Program-made: the position numbers and the translations under genes
Source: an uncultured Solirubrobacterales bacterium
GTDB taxonomy: Bacteria; Actinomycetota; Thermoleophilia; Solirubrobacterales; Solirubrobacteraceae
DNA length: 64,000 nt
Assembly (NCBI GenBank): GCA_963730055.1
Contig: CAVSQG010000010.1
Coordinates: 42,042-106,041 of the forward strand
Direction: 5' to 3'
The notes under the pieces: generated by a model
The model's database searches: none
What the model was told of the DNA's origin: nothing
Seen by the model: the letters and a program-made list of their open reading frames with translations, nothing else
Shown here: positions 63,566 to 64,000 of the stretch, in pieces
Position numbering within the stretch: position 1 is the first letter of the stretch
Layout: the number at the start of each line of letters is the position of its first letter

Positions 63566-64000
63566 TTGACCTCCGCCTTCGACATCTCGGGCAAGGTGAT
63601 CCTGATCACCGGATCCTCGCGCGGCATCGGCCGCGGAATCGCCGAGCATCTCGCCGCCGGCGGAGCCGACGTCGCGGTCCACGCCCGCTCGGCGGAGGCG
63701 CTCGAGCAGGTCACCGCCGCGCTCGAAGCCGCAGGAGCCCGCGTCTTCGGGGTGACCGCGGACGTGCGCGACGGCGAACAGGTCGCGGCGGCGATCGCGG
63801 CGGTCGGTTCGCACTTCGGCCGGCTCGACGGCGTGATCGCGAACGTGGGCGGCGCGGGATTCGGCCCGGCCGCGACGCTAGAGGTCGACCGGTTCCGGCG
63901 CCAGCTCGACCTCAACCTGACGAGCGCCTTCGCCACCGCCCGTGCCGCCTACCCGCTGCTCAAGCGGGCCCACGGCGCGCTCGTCCTGATCGCCGCGACG
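63566..64000 (+). CDS. SDR family oxidoreductase, 5' part, runs off window
   Basis: Manual translation from TTG 63566: TSAFDISGKVILITGSSRGIGRGIA..FGRLDGVIANVGG. Confidence 0.88.
   Translation, partial: MTSAFDISGKVILITGSSRGIGRGIAEHLAAGGADVAVHARSAEALEQVTAALEAAGARVFGVTADVRDGEQVAAAIAAVGSHFGRLDGVIANVGGAGFGPAATLEVDRFRRQLDLNLTSAFATARAAYPLLKRAHGALVLIAAT

Noticed and set aside
62019-63569. Long antisense or alternate-frame ORFs (also 121-1185, 6206-7912, 14845-16308, 26384-27979, 28197-29600)
   Set aside because: Shadow ORFs typical of high-GC DNA; low-complexity or motif-free, and they overlap well-supported genes
1-64000. Mobile genomic island or secondary-metabolite cluster
   Set aside because: No integrase, transposase, tRNA site, PKS, NRPS or RiPP core seen; enzyme content and repressor logic look catabolic

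Overview
This is a high-GC, actinobacterial-looking window (lineage inferred from style only, e.g. Thermoleophilia-like). It is almost entirely one catabolic island of about 60 genes, with no rRNA, tRNA, CRISPR or transposase seen. Contents: an acyl-CoA dehydrogenase, an Ltp4/Ltp3-like thiolase-fold pair with two DUF35 proteins, three alpha and three beta IpdAB/CoA-transferase-like subunits, a duplicated MaoC dehydratase pair, four acyl-CoA ligases, an HMG-CoA-synthase-like/DUF35 fusion plus thiolase, three cytochromes P450, three luciferase-like monooxygenases, a hydantoinase A/B pair, many SDRs, a sugar-type ABC importer and a KstR2-like TetR repressor. The main hidden structure is a 20-bp palindromic operator (TCnACCAAnCGnTTGGTnGA). 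I found it by eye about 20 times, always in front of a transcription unit and often overlapping the -10 box of leaderless promoters. This makes the window look like one large KstR2-like regulon for CoA-dependent breakdown of an unknown, probably polycyclic, substrate. Several enzymes have non-canonical active sites. Many genes carry single-base frameshifts, most likely unpolished long-read errors, so ends of those genes are approximate. All family calls are from motif recognition, not database searches.
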